A DNA stretch of 64,000 bases from Phoronis australis (Eukaryota > Animalia > Phoronida), in the NCBI GenBank assembly GCA_002633005.1, contig NMRA01000453.1, positions 298,116 to 362,115 of the forward strand, given 5' to 3'. Under the pieces are notes generated by a model, which was given only the letters and a program-made list of their open reading frames with translations, was not told where the DNA came from and searched no databases. Below, piece by piece: positions 22,701 through 36,500 of this stretch. Position 1 is the stretch's first letter. Each line of letters opens with the position of its first letter. Both the position numbers and the translations under genes were made by a program.

Positions 22701-25700
22701 CTCTTATTTACCTACATGTACACGTAGAAGACAACCAAACGTTGATTGTTTTCAGAGGTTTCCGTTCTAGTGTCCTGAGACTGGCACAAAGCACGTGACA
22801 TTTTACTTGGATAAGGCACATATTGTGGCTGACGTGTCATTTAAAAATATCTGTTTACTTAGTAAAGTCACAACTTCAATGTCCTTAGACGGATCTTTTT
22901 GAATCATTTGGGATTTTTTGACGTCTGTTTTCTTGTCGATTGGCCCCGTTATGTTCATGGATATTTGACGACGATGATGATGTTGGTGTTGGTGTTGATG
23001 ATGACGGTAATGATAATGATGATATTGTCGTTTTCAAGGTCGTTTTGACGTCAGTGGCGTCCCTTGGCCTGGTCGGTGTCATGGCGTCTTGTGAAAAGAT
23101 CGATAACGGTGGCGATGCCACTGTCGGCATTATCGGTTTTGGTGGAGGTATCGTTCTACTGTCCTCGTCATTATTTGCGATTTTCACATCACTGTCAGTG
23201 CATCAGCGCCGTCAACAGTGTTAGTGGAGGCAACGTCAACTATGCCAATACTGTTGTTATAGTTTGGTGGCGGAATTGCGGTTTTGTTGTCAGTTCCATC
23301 GGTGATGTCGTGGTATGAGGTCGTCTTATGCATCGCCATTGGTTTCATGGTGGTTGTCGTCTGAGGTTTCAAGGCTTTCGTGATTAAACTCTACTTTTCT
23401 GTCGATTTTCCCAAGTGTCGCTCTGTCAGATTTGCATAGCTGACAAGTGCATGGGTACGCTTGTGCCCGGACATGGTGTTTAATATACCAGACTCAGTAG
23501 CGGATCTAGGATACCATAAGGGAGGGGGACCAACATGTTGCCTCGGGGAATTGGGCAAAGAGCGAGTGAGTGTATGTGCACAAGCGCCCGAAGATGGGGG
23601 GCCGGGGATGTGAACCTTCTGTCCAAAAAATCTATCGGTAGACTAAAAAAGGCAACACGATGCCTCCGCAATCTGAGGGTCTGCTACAGTTCCTGGTTAT
23701 TAAACTTAATATTTCCTCACGCTTCACGCTGTTGCTGTTTCATTTTGCTTGCGGCAGCCAAGATGGCCCTGCCCCCCCTAAATCTGCCTATGAGACTTCA
23801 GTAATTGTTAGGATAGCAGTGCAGTCTACTTTAACTGTTTTTATAGATCGATTCGTGTATGTTTAAGTATGATTATGGACCAACTCCACTAGAATTCTTC
23901 GATTTTGCACTGCTGACGTTGCCCCTCACCTCTCTACAGGCATGCCATGAACGGACCACTCTCCGTTGTTTTTGAAAGAGCTAACGTCTCCCGACGTCGA
24001 CCGATTTTGGATGTCTAACTGGAATCCATGCTGCGTCCAAGAACCCACTGTAAGGTGACAGATTTGTTGGTCGTAGGGGAATTCGTCTATGTTCAGATTA
24101 CAAGCGCTAGTTAAGGGTACAGGCGCCAGCCATACCATGGATCCGTCAGGATATACCGAGACGCTATAGCCAAGCATTGGGGTCATTCCGATTTGTCCAA
24201 CGCTGAAGTAAATAAATAAAAGGCATTGCAGTATTTTGAAAGTATTATCAAACAAATTAATATTGCGAAACAACAAAATATCAATACTAAATTTGCCATG
24301 GCGAATCGGCTGGTTAATAAGCAGTGTTAAAGTCCTACACAGACAGCTAGCTAGATGTTTTTGACTCAAAATCAAAATACTTTTACAGCTTTGTACCAAA
24401 TCTATTTTCTAATAGTGTACAAAGAGGCAAGTCGTGCGCGTGGGAGTATTTTTGGTGTGTGGTCTAGTGTGCGACGTCTGTACAAATAGTCACTACAGGA
24501 GCTACGGAATACATAAATAAATAAAACTAAAATAAAAAGCAGTTGATATGGGGCGCAGACCCCCAGCAGTGACGTTTGGTTTGACTTCCTAATGTCTACA
24601 GGGAGACTGTTTCACATGACATAACATGATTTCTTGACCTTTGCACAGTGTACTCGGCACGTAAATCAAACCAAAGTCTTCGAAGTTAGAGACGACTTTC
24701 CGGTACCACACAATGGACTACAAACGTTATCAAAAATCTCAAACACAATCTGACGCATAATTATTCACAAATTAAAATAACTTACTCATTATAAAGAGTG
24801 ATGTCAGGTATCCACACCTTCTTGGGCGACATAATTAAGGACGTAACTCCATCAAATACTGCAGGGTCCCAATGTAAGTATTCGTCCGTCCAATACTGAA
24901 ACACTCAAATTTTGGTAATGGCAAAGCTACATTTTCAAGTGGAAAATCTTCACTTTTTTTAAAATAGTATCCCGATTTGACGACATTACCCGAAGATGGT
25001 TTAGTCGCCTGCGGTTTCATCCTAGCGCTTCACTTGAGAGTTAAAAAAATATTCGCTGAACTACTGTACTTAAACAATTGATATCACAGAGAGGGGTGTC
25101 ATATATCCCAACTCACCAATAGCTTTACTCGCACTTATCCAATCAGAAGATTTGGCAAACCGTTTTCAAACATTCTCTTAACGTTTTAACGAGGGGTACA
25201 AATCATTACACTGTTTCTAATATGATCAGTTTTTGTAATTCATATGCTAAAACTTATGACATCAAACAAGGTTTAGTATGCTTTTTCTTTTCTGGTACGA
25301 AAAATGCTAGTCCTTTAAAGGGGCATGAAATGCAAAGAAAACTGAATTGCATGATTCAAAATCAAAATCATTCTCTGTCACTGAAACAGAGGTCAAACTG
25401 TTCACCCGGTATTTTTACGGTTGCTCGTAAAGATTTTGAATCTCTTTTGATGTCAAAGCATTTTTCCTTTAGTTTCAAATTTCAAACACGACCTGTCAGC
25501 TGCTCGTCACCTCTTTGATTTTCTCCTACAGGGCAAAGCACGTCTCCTTATTCACACGCGCATATATATTACTAGGGACGGAGAATTTGAAAAGCTTGTT
25601 GGGATGAAATAGTTCATAGCTCGTCTGTGTGTCAAAAATAGTGAATCTGACGTTTTTCTCTATAAATTCCTGTAATAATCAAAGTGAACAATCTCACGTT

Positions 25701-28700
25701 AACATGGCTAAGAGCTGGATTCGCCACAATCTCTTTGGAGGGCATTTTTATGAGTTCGTGTTCCAGACCTGTTTAAAAGACCAAAAAATCTAATTACACC
25801 CGGTACACCCACCGATGTCAAGACCACTGGAGAACCATTTACACGTAATGTGTATAACATGACTGATTTGCTTACTCGGCAATAATTATCGTTAAGTGGC
25901 TGGAACCAATTTTCATATTGGGAAAGAACAAATGGAAATGAAACAGTTTGATTCAAATTCAACTTTCGCACAAGGCTTAAATAGTCATAGAAACCTAAAA
26001 TATAATTTCAAACAAAAGCACTTAAGTGGTAAATTTATCCTGTGCAAAGGTAACATGATTGAACAAAAACCAAAATTACGAGAACAGCAAGAAAACGAAC
26101 ACTGTAATGTTAACCGAAGTGCATAGAATTGTTTGGTTTTCTGTAGATTTCCATTGTTTCTGTCATGGAGACCAACCAACCATGAAGATAAATTGTCATT
26201 TTATTTGCATAGACAACGGCACCTAATTATCCATTGAAGTGAATAGCACTTCCAACAAATAAATTTGTATGGTGACCAAGCAGTATCGTATACCTACCAG
26301 CCTCATCCACACCATAGATTTTAATATTTGATTCTTCTCATCCTACAAAAACCAAAATATTCTAACATAGTCACAACTGGTTTGCTGTATTTGTATTATA
26401 ACAAGGCTAAAACCTATTGCTAAGGAGTCCAAACCAAGATTCATTACCTAAATGTGAATAGCGCAACCAAGATTCATTACCTAATGTGAATAGCGCACTT
26501 TCGATTGAAAGACGAACCGTCTGATAGGAAAGGTTTTGCGTGATTTCACGTTTTCAAGAAGTTTATGGAAACGCACCATTAAGCAAATATTACGGTAACA
26601 GGAACTGCACGCAAGTGGACGAGAAAGCGCGCACTGTTTACCCCAGACTATCCAGCGAAGTCCTCGGCACATCAAAGGCTTGATGGCGCCGTCATGGATT
26701 AAACTGAGATAGTCGCTATTCATGGGATTGGGTGAACGTAATTGGGGTAGTGATTGAAATCGAATTTTTTGTCTGATTCTTCTAGTGCTTGAGTGTGATG
26801 CCCGTATCCACTCTCCTCTCTGCATAATAATTGTCCAGGGGCCTGTTCCAAGAAACTGACTTAAGTTCATTTTTGACTTAAGTTTAAGATTTGTCTTAAG
26901 AGTGCAGTACACTTCAGACCAGGCAAAAATCCATGCAGGGGTGATAAACCCTATGTGACGGATTTGGATCATATTATGCATTTTTGTTTACTTTCTTATG
27001 GTAATTACTAAAATGCACTTTAAACAAATTCTATCGCGTTAGGTAGCTTAAAAGTCGGGTACCTCAGTTTTCACTGAAAAACACTATCAGAAGTTACCCC
27101 AATAATCACAGTTTTCGNGACAACTTTAACTTATATTTTAAAATTTACTGAAATGTAAGATTTGTCTTAGCTAAGTCAGTTTTGTTGGAACGGGCCCCAG
27201 TTCTTGCTCAAAATTGTCCTCGTCTTCTGATCAGCTGTGATCCGCCATTGCAACTGATTATCAAGTAACAAAACGTCTTCCACCCATTACATCATTTGGT
27301 GGGAAACTTGGAAACAATGAATTTTTTTTCAAAATTAAAAAAAATCGCTTCTATTTGGCAACAAAATGCTTGTTTAGTTAGATTTTATGATATTCATCTC
27401 ATAATAACTAACTCAAACCTCAAAAACTAAGGAAATGCATGGCGGTGAGAGCTGCACAAAATCCTGGATCTGCGCCTGTTGGGAGACGCGTACACCCCTA
27501 TCCTCCCCTTCATACTTGTATGTTCCTATTTAATGAGTATTGGTTGTCCCCGATTTCTTGTGTAGGGAGAGGGGCACTGGCTCCAGCTGTGCCTATGATG
27601 GGATTTTTAACTATCTGAATGTACATGTAAGGTGAAATCGGTTTACGCGGAATTGATATAATGCTCCGCAACACAAATTACAACGCAGAAATAGGACTTT
27701 TCCTTCCCATACATCACATTGGCTTCCTTTCCAAATGTCGTCCGTCCTTTGCTTTTTTCGGATATTTCCTTCCAATTCGAATGTCCGTTCTTCCCATTTC
27801 TAGGCCGTCCTTCCCATTGTTGAAGTCCTTCCCAACATCAAGTCGGACTTCAAATTGGATGAAAGAAAATTCAAACGTACGGTAATACTAACGATTTTTT
27901 CGTATGGTGGTATCATCATCATTTTATGCTCCTGCTCGAATGACAATGCCTCAAAAATATAAGAGATATAAGAGATTTTCGACTGCATGAGTGCAGAAAT
28001 AGTATTAATTGACGACCGACGACTCTGCAATTCATCTTTGCAAGACATGCTGATACCAAATAGATAAAAACACAAAAATGGCAACTGGTAGTTTCATTGC
28101 ATCTACTTTTCACTGTCTCCAACAAGGCGCGCATGCTATTTAATAGATGCCGAGAAAGGAAAAAGTCTTATGGCGTTTCCAACTACAACTTTAAAATATA
28201 TAACGCGCATGAGAAATGTAGTTGGTAATTATGTGTAGATAATTAGGTTTAACGCAGTTTCACTTTTAAGCAACTGGGGATCAAGGTCATTACCAATTCG
28301 AAGACTTTGCTATTATTTCATGATATTTCAGTCCTAGTATGGCCGTATCAATTGCAAAAGTGACCTATCTCCGAAAAATGAAGCACGGAGTGATTTAGCA
28401 TAACTGCATGTAACTGATTTTTAGGGCAAAATTCCGATTTCGCACCAATGAGCTTGAAAAGCAAACAGGGTGAGTTTGTGACAAAACTAGACGTTTGCCC
28501 GGCAGTGTATGACTTACCATATCGATGATCTGATGGATGGCCATGCCCACTTTCACCGTCACAGCCCTTGAAGAATTGAGCACAGGTCTAACTGCTGGAT
28601 CGTACGTTGCTGTTAAATTTCGAATCAAATTGTACTCCCCGCTCGAACAAAGGCATACTGGAAAATGGATTCATGTCAATATTATTATGTGTTTGGGCTA

Positions 28701-30495
28701 GTGCTGCACAGTTGACGTAGTATCAAAAGAAATTTTTAGATTTCAAGAAGACTAAGAAGACTTGGGATCTTAGTAAAGCAATACTGCTACTAAATTATGA
28801 CGCAATTTGGACTCTCAACAAATAGGAATACAAAGGCATTCGCATTGTCAAAAGTTCTAAGGTCTTGGATTTTCACCGATTAAGTCATTTTGCACCGGAG
28901 GCTTTTGCAGAAATTACACGTTTGCATTAGTGAGTGTGCGCCGACAACGCGTGGTCCCATTGTATGCGACCGAGGAGTACATAAGGATTAAGATTTGCTA
29001 GGTTTATAGCCCGTTAATAACTTTCATAATGCTTAATAATTTACAGTGCTACGTAAATCTGAACTAAGAATTATTATTAATATTATTATTATCATCATTA
29101 TCATTATTATCATTATCATTACTATTACTATTATTATTATTATTATTATTATTATTATCATTATTATTGTTACTGTTACTGTTACTGTTATTGTTATTAT
29201 TATTATTTTTATTACTATTGCTGTTGTTGTTGTTGTTTTCAACTTTTGCATTTTAATTTATTTGATTGGGTCCAAATTGTGACATCATATTAAAAATGAA
29301 TCATGCTCATTTGCTATGAAGTCCAATTCATATGCTGTATATTACTAGGTGTACATTACAACGTCGTGCGGAAATGACGAGTTCTATCGAATAGGCGTGA
29401 ATTGACTACAGAGTAAACACCAACGTCATAAAGACACATAGAGCCGAGAATCCGATGCGTGAACGAGTCTAAATTGTGAAGCCCTAGCAATTGAAAAGCT
29501 CGGAAAGCCTCAGAAAAAGAAAATCGCTTGCGATTGTATAGCTCAATTTATGTGTTTAGTGAATTAAATCAAACTACTCAAATGATAAAAGTTGCTCCAC
29601 CTATTAGACTGAACGCAAGGCTGTGGCCTTATTGATCCGAGGGGTTTTGAAAATCTCTTAATAACGGTATTGGTCTTCGGAGCATTTTCCATTTTTTTGT
29701 TACCCTGCCAAAATCAACAAAGTCAACTAAGCGGTAAATTAAATGCATTAACTTCGATCGATGCATTCTCTATTGTCATGTAGTCCACTTGCACTAGAAC
29801 AAAGAGATCTGAAAAGGTACAGTAGGTAGAACACCAAAAGCTGACCCGCTTTAAAATACTAGATAACGGTGGCCGTTTCCCACCCGACACATTGAATTTT
29901 GAAGACAGTAACGAAAACGCCCCTGTATGACAATTGGTTGGAGTGGATTGAGGCTATTATACTGTTAAATGTCGGTGTGAAAAAATGGATTTGAAAGAGT
30001 ACTCGAAAGTGATCGTTTTACGGTGTCAACATTTCAAACAGTAACTAAAGAGCTGAAGTGGATAGTCCTCTGTTTTGCAATTCAAATGATATATGCACAT
30101 ATTTCGTGACTACCTGAAGGATATTTGACGTTTTGTAAACTGTCATGGTGAATTTTAATGGACCAATTTGTCGTTTTGCAATTTAATAAGGATTTTCTCT
30201 TGGCCAAAGAATAATAAAAAACGTTTAACCAATCAAACCCATGTGTTTATATCAAGGCAGTAACTCTGCTGCCATTTTTGATACGGAATGACTACATTTA
30301 CTAGTGCACCTTCTATTTCAACGATTTTTCTTCGAAAAAAACTTTGGTATCATGTGATTGGTGCCTAAATATTGTGAACAAAAATGGCACTGATGTTTTA
30401 TAATCGATTACTATAGTAACGCTGTTATTCTCTTACGGTGAAAAAACATTTCATACACGGCATAACGTTATACCGTAATATATATATATATATAT

Positions 30496-30546
<51 letters not shown>

Positions 30547-33500
30547 TATACATATATATATATATATATATATTATTATTATTATTATTATTATTACATG
30601 GCTAAGTCGTTATCCCCCGTAATCTAGAGCCCGAGTAGATTTTGGAAAATTATCGCCCGTGGGGCAAAATCCACTAGGTAAGGGGGATAACGACTGAGAA
30701 CACGTAATAATCTATTTATATCATATGCTGAACGATAAACATTGCAATGAATCGATCTACCTTTCTAGATTAGCCTCGGCTTTTGTAACTACTTCCTGTG
30801 TCAGAGACCTGGGGTAGGAGGTTGTGACCTTTTAAGAAACGCCGAGCTATTCTTGTTAAAATGATGTTTGGCTTCAGTAGCGGATCTAGGATATCACAAG
30901 GGGGGGGGGGCCAACTTTTTGTCCGGCTGTANNNNNNNNNNNNNNNNNNNNNNNNNNNNNNNNNNNNNNNNNNNNNNNNNNNNNNNNNNNNNNNNNNNNN
31001 NNAAAATTAAATAATTAAAGTGAATCTGTAAAATATTTTTTAAGCAATTAGTCTAGCTTACTACACAACTTATCATGATAAGCTTCCACCGTGAAAATAT
31101 CGTCTTCTAAAGTAGGTTACCACTAGTTACTGAGTATAATGTCCAAGTCAAAGGATACCGACGACATGTTACTCGCATTCAAACTGGAGATCGTTGAGTT
31201 ACAAGTGAGAGAAAGTGATACATAAATTTTACTGAATTAAAGAAGCCGTTTTTACTGAAATCGTGCGTCTTATTTTTTGCAGCTTATAAATGTCGGTACG
31301 CTGCCGTTTGTTAAACATACGATTGTTGCGCGTGCTCATTAAGTATTCTATTTTCACGTTCGATGACGTCAGCTGCTGAGTGGTGCAGTCATAGACAGTG
31401 GTAAAGTCGACGAATCGAAACTCTTGCGAAGCGGGTTCGAAACCGTCAACGATTTTCCCGCCAAAATGTTATTCAACGCGCGCTTATTTAACGGTTGTAT
31501 TGGCCATTTCAGAATGACAGTGTGGTATAGTCCATTTAGTTATCTCACTAGTGAGATCACATTTTGGAGGGAATCGAGGCCGCTTTCGAACACGGTCCAC
31601 AAGAGTTTCGAGTCGTAGACTTTACCACTGCACCACTCAGCGGTTGACGTCATCAAACGTGAAAATAGAATACTTAAATGAGCACGCGTAACAATCGCGT
31701 GAACAACAAAGGGCATTGTACCGTCATTTATACGCTATGAAAAATAAGACGCATAATTTTCATAAAAACGATATTTTAATTCAGTGAAATTTATCTCTCA
31801 TTTTCTCTCACTTGTAAATCACCGATCACCAAATTGAATTTATAGATTCACTTTCTTTCCATTTTGTTTAAATTTTCAATTAGTTTTGAGTAAAAGCATC
31901 ATTTGACAAAGATTGCTCGGCGTTTGGAGTATTATCGCCCTCGGGCGTTAGCCCCTCGGGTGATAATTCTAGATCTCCAAAATCCACTCGAGTTCTCGAA
32001 TACGGGGGATAACGACTGAGAACATGTAATAATCTATATGTAAACTTTTCCTACATTCTTGAAAAAGTGTCAAATTCACTCATTTCAGACCCCTCATGTG
32101 CCATCGAAAATAATAACGGTGTCATCGGCTTATCGCATTATTCTTTAAGATAACATACCTAAATTTATTCCTTTAATTCCAAGGTTTTGCCTAAACAAGA
32201 TACCCACAATCTCCGCATACATTGTGAACAAATATGGAGAAATCGGACCCCCCCGTCGGCACCCACGACCAATTTCAAAGTACTCTGTAATGAAATTGTG
32301 CTAGATCCCGTATTGAGGAGACGAACTCATCTAATGAAGCCTTTTCGAAGATTGAAAAATAACCACGTTTATGTATGATTTCAGGACAGAAATACCTTCT
32401 CAAAATCTACCATCACTGATAATCCAGGAATAGTTCCGCGTTCAGTATGTTACATTAAATCATAAATGTTTCTAGAATCGTCTCCGAATAGGGCGCTAGT
32501 TGGTGATGTATTCTTGACAATTAATACCTTTTTGTTAGAGCGAAATCACATCCGGCTGGTTTTGGCTGGGAGGCAAAGCTCCTTTAACAAAGCTATTGTT
32601 AAATGAGCGAGTCAGAAAAGAGGAAACATTTTGCCAGAAAAAGTTAAAAAAACTTATTTGATAAGCCGACGGGAAACCACCGGTCATGATCGTAGCCACT
32701 TGACTGGTAGTAGTACAGGGTATGGTGTTTTTGTTTTGCCATTACATTGACCCCCGGCATTATACTCAGTATCCACTAGATTTAGTAGTCTGGTCACCAG
32801 GGGCAGATGCAGGATTTTGAGTTAGGGGGGCCAGGGCAGAGTATTTGCCAGGATTTTTCTCGTCAGACATTCACACTCTTCGAACTGTCAAATGGAATCT
32901 TGGAGAATTTTAGGGGGGGGCATGGCCCCCTCGGTCCCCCTCTATGACCGCCACTGGTCAATGCATTTTTCCATGTTATGCAGTTGTGCAAATGTCATGA
33001 AATGATGTTTCCAAATTTGTTTAACGATTGTAGTGGTTTGTTAATCAAAGTATTCATTGCCATTTGATAACAATGCTATCGCTTGGCGTTTTCCTTGGTG
33101 TACCCTTGTGTCCGCCTTGTCATTGATATTTTTAGGGATTCTGTATTTTGCTGCCACAGCAGTTTTGGATCTTCTCTATTATAGTATTTTTGGAGCCACA
33201 TGGGTGTAAGACAGCCACTATATACATCATGTTGCAACACAAATGAAGAGCATTTGAATTAATGCATAATTTCCTGTAAAACAACTGCAAGCTGTAGACA
33301 GTGACATTCTATCTCACGACTTTTCCCATTGGGATCACCATCACATTTTAAAAGACATTGGAGCGGCTTTCATTATATGATGGGGTTGCAAGTTTCACTA
33401 TCACATGTACCAAATAGAATTATGAAAGGGACTAGCAGGCATTTGTTCAACATAATGATACGAAAATTAAGACTTTTGGCTGTTGTTTTGATTTTGTATT

Positions 33501-36500
33501 AATAAAATATCTTTGATAGGATGCGTGCGTTTTTGATTTTTCGGTAAGTGTCTTCATTTCAAAAAAACACAAATCAGTACAGCAATTAAATCTACAGTCT
33601 TGAATCAATTAAAGCTGTATTTCAAAATGATACCAGAATGAGATGTCTTCTTTCAAACTATCGGTCTTATAATATTTCATACAGCTATAAGATTCAATTT
33701 CCGTTTCAGGCAATGCGTAGGATGCATGTCATATTCACGTTTTCGCTATTTTAATGAAAATTGCATGTATTGTATACGGAGGCCAAATGCCGATTTAAGT
33801 GTTTTGGTATGTGTTGGTTCCGCGGTGGGGAGTGGTACCTCTCTCATGGTATTGGTCCAATGCTTCATTTCACCACTATGTACGTTAACTTGTCCTTAGA
33901 GTACTTCAAACAACCACCGTGTATTTATTTAGTAAAATACATTCAACTTATTTGCATGGTTCTTTGTTTCCCAAGCTTCGTGTCATTTGTTTCATTCATA
34001 TCTTAATTCAAAAACATGTATGTTAAACATCAAATATTAAATATGTTTGTGAACTGGCATAATTTTCCAACCTTAATAAGCTTCACTTTTTGACGCTTAG
34101 CTGGAATTCTTCGCCAACGTTATTAAGTGAATCGTCTGTTCAAACAGTAGAAATTTCCTGAGTCTGAAATTCACTTCCGTTCGTTTATAGAAACATGGCA
34201 ATCAGCAACAAGGGGTTTGTTTGGAAAGGAAGAAACACATCGGCTGACTGCACACGTAGTATGAGATGTATTGTTGCACTCGAACCATATATTCGCCCGC
34301 GAGTGCAAACACACATGTCAAATTTACAGGGAATTTAACAATTAACTTGGAAACTTTTCAGTGGCCCTCTTCACTGAGGTGGATATGACCGATTTTTTGA
34401 AGAAAGAGCCATATACAATGAGTATGCGAATCATTCAGAAAGAGCAACTTCAACTACAATGAATTGATGAAGGTTATGATTTATCCAGGTACATCTACGA
34501 CGTATTTGACTATCTATGAATATTTAATGTTGACGTAACTCAATTTCAAACTAGTGTTTTGCTAAATATGAAAAAAAATATCGAAGACAGGGTTTTAAAC
34601 GTGCTGTAAGTATTTGAAAGTCTTAATTTTAGTGCCTTAGAGCTGCCAAATACATGTACACAACAAGCAGGTTGGCATACAGTGTTTTTATTTTATATCA
34701 TTGGAAAACCGTATCTTAGTAGAGGGGGCAGATGAGATGTAATAAAGTAAATAACATACGTTCAAAACTGCTCCTGGCGGTGTAGTTTAGTGAAACAACT
34801 ATAAATATTTTTTCAAAACATATGCATATCAATCCATGCTTATTAGTTTAGTAGAAAATAAATACCTGTACAAATAGAAAAATAGAAAATCGAGAATACA
34901 AGGGTGTGAAAACAGGCTTCAACCCCGTAAAAGTCGTTGTAGCTTACAACTGGATAGAACGCGTTAACTTTCGACCACTTATTACAGGTCTTTTAGAATC
35001 ACCCTTTCTCCAAATCTTATGGAAATCGGATGACCTCATCTTGACGCCAGATGGTCGCTGATCTCACAAACTAGTATTTGAATGTGAGCACGAAAATGCA
35101 GACATCACCAATGTGCTTCCTTACAAAAATGCATTTTCGGTGTCAACAAATTATCAAATTCCAGAAGATTCGATCTGTGAAGTGTAGGCAAAATTTCGAA
35201 AAGTTGTGTAGTTTGAAGCGCTCCTAAATTATATTTTTTGAGGTTTTAGAAATTATTTTGAGAAATAATAGAGGAATTTTGAATTTTAAAGAAAAATTAA
35301 TGATTGCCACCACGTGTCATCAGTGGAAGACGCAGCCTCGTCCTCGAGCCTCACAGTGGCTCTGATCCGTTCAATGATTTGAGCCTAGTTTTTGATTTGA
35401 ATACTGTGCGATGGAGCTTGATGACTATTATGAACACAAGTATGGGGATTTGGGTTTTTATTTTGAAAACATAATGATATATTGGCATCATTAAGGAATG
35501 TGTTGCATCAAATTTAGCTTGTGTTAACATTCATTTTGTAGAAATTTTAACGTATAAGAAGACGGAACCCTAAAGGTGTCTGGGAGTAGTGAAATCTCTT
35601 ATACTTTGATTTTGTCCTGAATTATCAAATGTTAAAGTCTCACTGACATGATATATTCGGCGAACGGACACTCCAATGGATTCCACGTTAAATACTTATC
35701 TTTTTGGCTTAAGTTTGAATGGTTTCAGCAAACAAAGCTGCTGAGTGGGTGCAATCACGAAACATTTTTCCAATGCTTCTAACAGGTCCGGGCCCATTGA
35801 CTGTTACGACTTGGTACAAGTAGACATGACCAACAGAGCAGAATTTCTGGCACGCAATCTAAAAACCACGCGTAATCATAAATTTAGGCAGTCTATGAAT
35901 TTTCACCAAAATTTAATAAAGGTTGTCATTTGATTTGAAACGACAACCTTGCTTTTGGAAATTTAGAACAACTGCTTTTATTTGGCGCTTTCAGGGAGAT
36001 TTGCAAAAACTTGCAAAATATTTTCCGTAACCCGAGCTAAACACAAACAAAAGATCTTCGTTGACAATCCATTGTCAGCTTTCAGTAAAAACTCGAAAAA
36101 TTTGACTGCTGCTTTTTCGTTATATGATGATAAGTCACTGTTGCATTGTTGATCCACAGAATCCCAGTTATTTCGTGCGTAAGCCAATGCAAGCTTCAAA
36201 TCTACCAAAGTGTTTTTCATCCATAAGAAGCAGTGTTGCTTAGTGGGAAAAGTGTCCGTTTCCTTTATTCAAGGTCACGAGTTCGTCCCGCTGGAACACG
36301 CTGCCAATCCATTGAACGAGTCTAAAGCTCATCAGATCTATTTTAACTACACTTGTACATTAATAAACCATAAAAATAAAAAATGGAGTTGTAAGTAGCT
36401 GCTCGTCTGCTCTGCGTCACGTCTAATGCAAACACAAAGCAGTTCATCCAGAAAACATGTTTTCGAGGGAAACAACAGTTTTTTAGCATTTAGTAAGTAC

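Noticed and set aside
22885-23372. Thr/Pro-rich mucin-like ORFs in intron 5 (homologous region 61380-61600)
   Set aside because: Low-complexity GAT/GTT-rich sequence; frame and length are not conserved between paralogues and there are no convincing splice sites.
34866-34990. Alternative signal-peptide exon ([12 protein letters not shown]|GT)
   Set aside because: No in-frame ATG; 37931-37973 fits much better.
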